From: Podarcis bocagei
Lineage: Eukaryota
NCBI GenBank assembly: GCA_964188305.1
Contig: OZ076885.1
DNA length: 64,000 nt
Direction: 5' to 3' (one strand)
Shown: one piece after another, positions 59,701 to 64,000 of the stretch
Layout: each line of letters starts with the position of its first letter
Numbering within the stretch: position 1 is the first letter of the stretch
Program-made: the position numbers and the translations under genes
The notes under the pieces: generated by a model
Told to the model about the DNA's origin: nothing
The model's database searches: none
Seen by the model: only the letters and a program-made list of their open reading frames with translations

Positions 59701-62700
59701 CTTCATTTCCCTAAGGAATTGTTGGCCAATAGCTATAACCACACCAACCCAGTTGATTCAATTCAATTCAATTAAGTGAAGTAAGGGGACTTTCAGATGC
59801 TCTATTTATTGAGCAGTTATCCCAATCTGTTTGCAGGGAGGCTAGATGCTGTTGGCTATTTACTGAGCATTCATCCTGATTTGATTGTTATACAATTTTT
59901 GATTGAGGTTATACAATATTGCATCAAGGAAGTGTTATCTCATGTTTTCCAGTGTATTTTCCTGTCACTTTCTTTATTACAAAAAGTCCAGTCATGAGGA
60001 AGTGGGTTTGTTGCTCAAGACCACCCAAGCAATTGTAATTGTGCAACCTGAATTTTTTTTGTATGTTATTGAATCCCACCTGAAAATAGTGATAGTCTGG
60101 AATCACCCTGTAGAATTTTGATGATATGTAACATTTCCCTCCATGGACTGGAAAGTTTCTGATGGCTTCTTATGCATTTTTTCTTGATTACTGCATTTCA
60201 GAGGCAAGTATGAATATGAACTCACATTGCGGACAGATCTTTATACCAGCAAGTACACGCAATGGTACTATTTCAGAGTACAAAATACTAGAAAGGATGT
60301 CACCTATCGCTTCACTATTGTTAATCTGATGAAAGCCAAGAGTCTCTACAGTGTAGGGATGAAGCCTCTCCTGTACTCTGAAAAGGATGCCCAGTCTCAT
60401 GGTATTGGCTGGAGGAGAGAGGGCAGTAACATTAAATATTATAAATATAACACAGAAGATGGTCAGACCCTATATTGCCTCACCTGGACATTTCGTTTTC
60501 CACATAGCCATGATACATGTTATTTTGCTCACTTCTATCCTTACACCTATACAGATCTGCAGCACTACCTCATGACTTTAGTAAAGAATCCACTCTGTTC
60601 TCAGTATTGCAAACTTCGCCCTCTATGCCGCAGTCTAGCTGGGAACACAGTCTACCTCCTCACTATTACCAATACATCCAAAAGTGCCATTGCTGCTGCT
60701 GCAAAGAAGGCTATTGTACTAAGTGCCAGAGTTCATCCTGGGGAAACAAACAGTTCGTGGGTGATGAGAGGCTTCCTTGATTTCATCTTAAGTGATTCCC
60801 CTGATGCTCGACTCCTTCGGGATCTCTTCATATTCAAGGTTGTGCCCATGCTAAACCCAGATGGAGTAATTGTTGGAAATTACCGCTGCTCACTGGCAGG
60901 AAGGGACTTGAACAGGAACTACAGAACAGTACTGAAGGAATTCTTTCCTTGCATTTGGCACACTCGAGCCATGATCAAAAGGTGCGTGACAAACCATTTT
61001 ATGAACTGGATCTGAAAACCTGGGAGCAGAGTGGGTGAAATTCAGAACCACACAAAGGAAACCATTATAGAGCCTTTGTGACTAAATGTGCATTTTTAGT
61101 AATTATATATATTTTTCAAATTGAAAAGTTTATGTACATTGGTTTAAGAATCTGCACTGGAATTGTGTTTTAATCTGTTTTTATTGTTTTATCATGGTTT
61201 GTTGCTCTTGATTTGTGAATGTTGGCAAATACAGATCAGGAAGGAAAAGAAATAGTGGAATTGAATACTTGTCTTTCCTGGGAAACAAAGAAAGATAGCT
61301 ACTGTGAACATGAGGGGGAATGCTGTGCATGAACAGAGATCTGTCCATAGACAATTTCCATGGCAGTTTTGTGTAGTGTGTGCAACTATAGTCCAACAGA
61401 GCATTCCTATACTTCCATTATAACTAAGGAGAGCAATCATCAGATTGAAGCACATGGTCTCTAAGCCTGCACAGTAGTGTTCATGCTTCAGTCCCTTCTC
61501 CCTCAGCATGGGAGAGAGAAGGAGACTGAAGTAACTGTGATTATATTTACCCCTTTTCTCTTGGGGGGTCCCATGGGAGCTCTGTGGATGCAGTGGCTGA
61601 TCTTCCTTGTGTATCTGTGATCCTCATGAGCGTTTGGCCAACAGTGGCAATGGTTGCAGTGCAGTGCCTGGCCTTTGCCAAAAGAGAGTTTACCTGTGTA
61701 TGGGGCTGAGTACCTCCTGTGTGTAGGACACAGCTTTCTGCTGTTGGAGGAGGAAAGAATGTCGTAGCACATACAGTTTGCACAAGAGGATATAATATTC
61801 ACATATGGAAAGATGGGTGGGGAAATGAAGGGAAATGATGTTATTTTGCCATTTGTACCAGTACCATAAGCTGTTTGGTGCATTTCATAGCACTGGTGGG
61901 TAACATTATGACTGATGAATGGTGATAGAGTTACCCAGAAAGCTGTGGGAATGTCTGCCAGTGTTGCTGTGGTTTCTTTTGTTCCTACAGCTGTTACTGT
62001 GCTTTCTGCTTAGTTGTTGCAACTCCATGGTATTGCAACTACATTAATACAGCATTAGCTGGGAACATAGAATCAGGTTGCCTATTTACCTTAAATAATG
62101 AAGCATCAAATAGAGACCTAGCTTAAGGGATTTCATTCATTCAGGAATGCTTCTAGAACTTGTTCCAACTACTTAATTCTTACACATCAGTGGGAAAGAA
62201 ACAGAACAGTATGGTTATTTGTGTGCAGCCAGCTAGCCATTTATATGTTTAATTGGTTTTGATTTCTTTGCTTATATCTTTTCTCTGCAAGGGTCCTTGA
62301 AGATCGTGAAGTTCTGTTGTACTGTGACTTCCATGGACATAGCCGGAAGAATAATATATTCATGTATGGCTGTAACAACAAATATGCACAAGAGCGATTA
62401 TTCCATGAACGAATCTTTCCTCTTATGCTAAGCAAGAATATTCCTGACAAGGTGGGGTATAGTTTATAGGAAGATCTTAGTTCATTATGAATTATGTGTT
62501 GGAAATTACCTTTTGTTGCAATGTGTTTTCCTATTTCAGTTTCTTCACTCAGTTCTGAGTAAAGCATATCTCCACATTTCCTTATCTCCTGGTTTTTTTA
62601 ATGAGAGTGTCTATAAATTACCTTAAAGCTGGCTATTAAATCAGGCCTACTACTCTTCTCATGATAGGAAGATACTTTTATCTTCCTAACAATTTACATT

Positions 62701-64000
62701 ATAATGCCCAGATTTTTCATCACTTAGCTGAAGTAAACATTCTGGCTTATATTTTTTAGATTCAGTCATTCCACACTTGAAGTGATATGACAGCAGATGA
62801 TGCATATTGAATCTAGGTTGTTTTTTCCTGCTTTGAGCTAAAATATAATTTCAAACAAACTCTTCATTTGGTTCCAATATGAGATTAGTAAAACATTGGG
62901 TGATATCCAGCTAAGTCATACTCAGAATAGACTCACTAAAATCAATGGGCTTAAGTCCATTGATGTTAGTTTGTCTGTTCAATGACTAGCATTAGATGTC
63001 CAGATTAGTTAATGTATACATATAATGGGCTTGGGTGATGATAATTTAGGAATTCACTGGGAAATAATATATGTTGAATATACAGGAATTTTTTAAATGC
63101 TAAGAACGGTCCTATATAGTAATGTAAATAGAGAAGATGTTCTAGTATTTCAAGAGGTGTCTGCTTGGCCACTGCAGGTTAGATGGCCCCTTGGTTGATC
63201 CACCAGGGCTTGTCTTATGTTCTAAAGAGAGATAAGAAATTAGTTCTAAAAATACAATCTAATTTTACCAATCTGGATGTTTAGTTTTCTTTCAACAGCT
63301 GTAAGTTTCAAGTCCAAAAGTGCAAAGAAGGAACAGGACGGGTTGTGATGTGGCGAATGGGGATAGTGAATAGCTATACTATGGAATCTACATTCAGTGG
63401 GACAACTCTGGGTAAGTGTACATTTTTGTCCAAGACCAAAGTAGACATTATCTGTCAATGAAAAGCTGGTGGTAAACCGCAGTACAGTAGTGGGATGTAG
63501 CAAAGGAGTGACTAACTTTTGGGGGGCCGAGGGTCAACATTCACTTTTGGCCAGCCTTCCAGGGATCACATAGCAGCTGTGAGTGTAGCTGCCCCACATT
63601 ATTGCAACCACAGGACACATACATGCACATGCATGCAGAATACACACAGAGGCACCCAGAGCCTTTCCCCTCAGCTGATCCACTATCACCATCACATCTA
63701 TTTTTCCATTATCATGCTCTGTAATTTCTGGCTTGTCATAACAATGGATAGAAAGGTAGGAAGAAAGAAAAGAAAGAGGTTAAGTTATAACCTCTGTTTC
63801 AATCATCAATGTATTTAATAGTTTTTAAAAGACATTCAGCATATAATTTTTCCATGCTGGATGTTGTGCACTGGAGTGTAATTTGCTAAAGATTGAAGAA
63901 CTACTTGTCTGTTTGTCTTTCTCAGGCAATAATAATAACTCTCATTTTACCTATGAGGATCTCAAATCTCTGGGCTACCATGTCTGTGACACCTTATTGG
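53724..64000 (+). CDS. AGBL2: Cytosolic carboxypeptidase 2 (CCP2, M14 zinc carboxypeptidase, tubulin deglutamylase), 3'-partial
   Basis: Exons: 53724-53750 (MCPADPASE, start inferred), 54233-54296 ([18 protein letters not shown]), 54956-55081, 55223-55405 ([15 protein letters not shown]), 56523-56630, 57086-57236 ([18 protein letters not shown]), 60202-60981 (zinc motif ARVHPGE, NPDG, DLNR), 62292-62451 (CDFHGHS), 63285-63411 (NSYTMEST), 63926 to beyond 64000. Its position after FNBP4 supports AGBL2 rather than AGBL3. Confidence 0.95.
53961..54166 (+). mobile_element. tRNA-derived CORE/MIR-like SINE
   Basis: A box TAGCTTAGTGG, B box GGTTCGAATC, core GTGACCTTGGGC..CCTCACAGGTTGTTGTGAGGATAAAATG, and (TAAA)n tail. 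Confidence 0.8.
57522..57763. mobile_element. Tc1/mariner (pogo/Tigger-like) MITE
   Basis: Perfect TIR CAGTGGTACCTTGGTTCTC with TA duplication. Same family as 19935-20183. Confidence 0.92.
58070..58307 (-). mobile_element. Sauria SINE, 5'-truncated
   Basis: Reverse-strand core and tail. 12-bp TSD ATATTATGGGTA (58058-58069, 58308-58319). Confidence 0.92.
58655..58835. mobile_element. hAT (Charlie-like) MITE
   Basis: Ends CAGAGATTTCCAAACT and AGCTTGGAAAGCTCTG. 8-bp TSD CCCTAGAA/CCCTAGAG. Confidence 0.85.

Noticed and set aside
1-64000. Most remaining 60-160 aa ORFs in the six-frame track
   Set aside because: They are chance ORFs in introns, TE fragments, or exon read-throughs into flanking introns. 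None supports an additional gene.

Overview
Vertebrate genomic DNA, most likely a squamate reptile and probably a lacertid lizard (inferred from Sauria SINEs, BovB and young L2 elements). Three spliced protein-coding genes lie in tandem on the + strand in the order I recall for human 11p11.2: the 3' 34 coding exons of NUP160 (1020-27201), the complete 17-exon FNBP4 (30221-50071) and the 5' part of AGBL2/CCP2 (53724 to beyond 64000). FNBP4 and AGBL2 have CpG-island promoters. Exon boundaries were traced by eye and all phases join into open frames. Introns carry many transposons with visible TIRs or TSDs: BovB, an RTE fragment, a young L2 with an intact RT frame, CR1 pieces, Sauria SINEs, a decayed IR/DR Tc1, Tc1/mariner and hAT MITEs, and two solo LTRs. 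I found no prokaryote-style novel system. The best leads are RNA-processing features. FNBP4 intron 11 splits the second WW domain and looks like a regulatory intron, with a read-through stop, a candidate poison exon and candidate decoy splice sites. NUP160 has a U12-type intron, a GC-AG intron and an unexplained perfect 38-bp inverted repeat. Homology statements come from recall, not from database searches.
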